Assembly: GCA_050298055.1 (NCBI GenBank)
Contig: JBNKTL010000003.1
Span: 32,001 to 96,000 of the forward strand
From: Spirochaetota bacterium
GTDB lineage: Bacteria > Spirochaetota > UBA4802 > UBA5550
Direction: 5' to 3'
Length of the DNA stretch: 64,000 bases
Shown: positions 63,428 through 64,000 of the stretch, piece by piece
Position numbering within the stretch: position 1 is the first letter of the stretch
Layout of the letters: every line of letters starts with the position of its first letter
The notes under the pieces: generated by a model
Databases searched by the model: none
What the model saw: the letters and a program-made list of their open reading frames with translations, nothing else
What the model was told of the DNA's origin: nothing
Program-made: the position numbers and the translations under genes

Positions 63428-64000
63428 TTATTCTCCTTCATTTCTGTCTACCCGGTATTTTCTCAAGCGGATGATATTGCCATCATCATTCCAGTCCACT
63501 TCATCCATATGGATCCTGATAATTAAAAGTCCCCTGCCGCTGCTCTTGAAAAAGTTTTCGGGGTCCCGGGGGTCCGGAAGCCCCTTATGGTTGAACCCGG
63601 GACCGTCATCCTCAATAAAGTACTCAACATAGTCCCTGGTCAGTTCATATTTTATTGTGATTTTCCTTTTGACATAGTATTCGTCATTTTTCCGCTTTTC
63701 GATCTCCTCGTTGAAACTCTTTATTCCCCCGTAGTTTTTTACATCGGACGAGATCTCAAGGGCGCCGTGAAACATGGCATTGCTGAGGGCCTCCACAAGA
63801 GCGAGGGTTATATTCTCCGCCGTTGTGGTATTGCAGAGACCCGACGGGACAAGGTTCTTTGTCAGCTTGTAGGATATTGCATTTATAATAGCGGGATCAA
63901 CGGGGACACGGTAAATTGTCTTTTCATAGTCAACATACTGAAGATAGTTGTCAACGAGCTTCTGTTCCTTCTTGCTGCGAAGGATCGTTCTCACCGAAGA
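63428..64000 (-). CDS. RsbW/SpoIIAB-like HATPase-domain protein (5' end outside the window)
   Basis: EALSNAMFHG, EDDGPGF, SGRGLLII...MDEV. Confidence 0.85.
   Translation of the reverse strand, partial: SSVRTILRSKKEQKLVDNYLQYVDYEKTIYRVPVDPAIINAISYKLTKNLVPSGLCNTTTAENITLALVEALSNAMFHGALEISSDVKNYGGIKSFNEEIEKRKNDEYYVKRKITIKYELTRDYVEYFIEDDGPGFNHKGLPDPRDPENFFKSSGRGLLIIRIHMDEVDWNDDGNIIRLRKYRVDRNEGE

Overview
This 64-kb window is bacterial and most consistent with a Leptospira-related spirochaete: RpoB has Asn at the E. coli S531 position, L14 and L1 carry Leptospira-like indels, and DUF2225-truA and DUF1564-like genes are present. Bases 3.1-33.8 kb hold an unbroken minus-strand translation/transcription supercluster (tRNA-Thr, rpmG, secE, nusG, rplKAJL, rpoBC, str, S10, spc, alpha). 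The right half mixes housekeeping genes (rlpA, nhaA, rdgB, nth, prfA-prmC, tRNA-Arg, mtnA) with signalling genes (PAS/GAF kinase and receiver, two cNMP-binding proteins, GGDEF, PilZ) and two AT-rich accessory patches. The most notable observations are: (1) a Tat-lipoprotein formate-dehydrogenase-N-like operon whose alpha subunit has Ser-Ser in place of the catalytic Sec/Cys-His pair while the Fe-S wire is intact; (2) a family of ~140-bp palindromic MITE-like elements (4 clear copies, 1 degenerate), each just upstream of a start codon; (3) a small putative defence patch (Panacea toxin-antitoxin pair plus membrane-anchored HNH nuclease) next to three AGGA-loop hairpins resembling CsrA-binding RNAs; (4) a DegT-family aminotransferase lacking its PLP lysine; and (5) a str-operon EF-G with altered domain IV. 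All assignments come from reading motifs by eye; no database searches were run.
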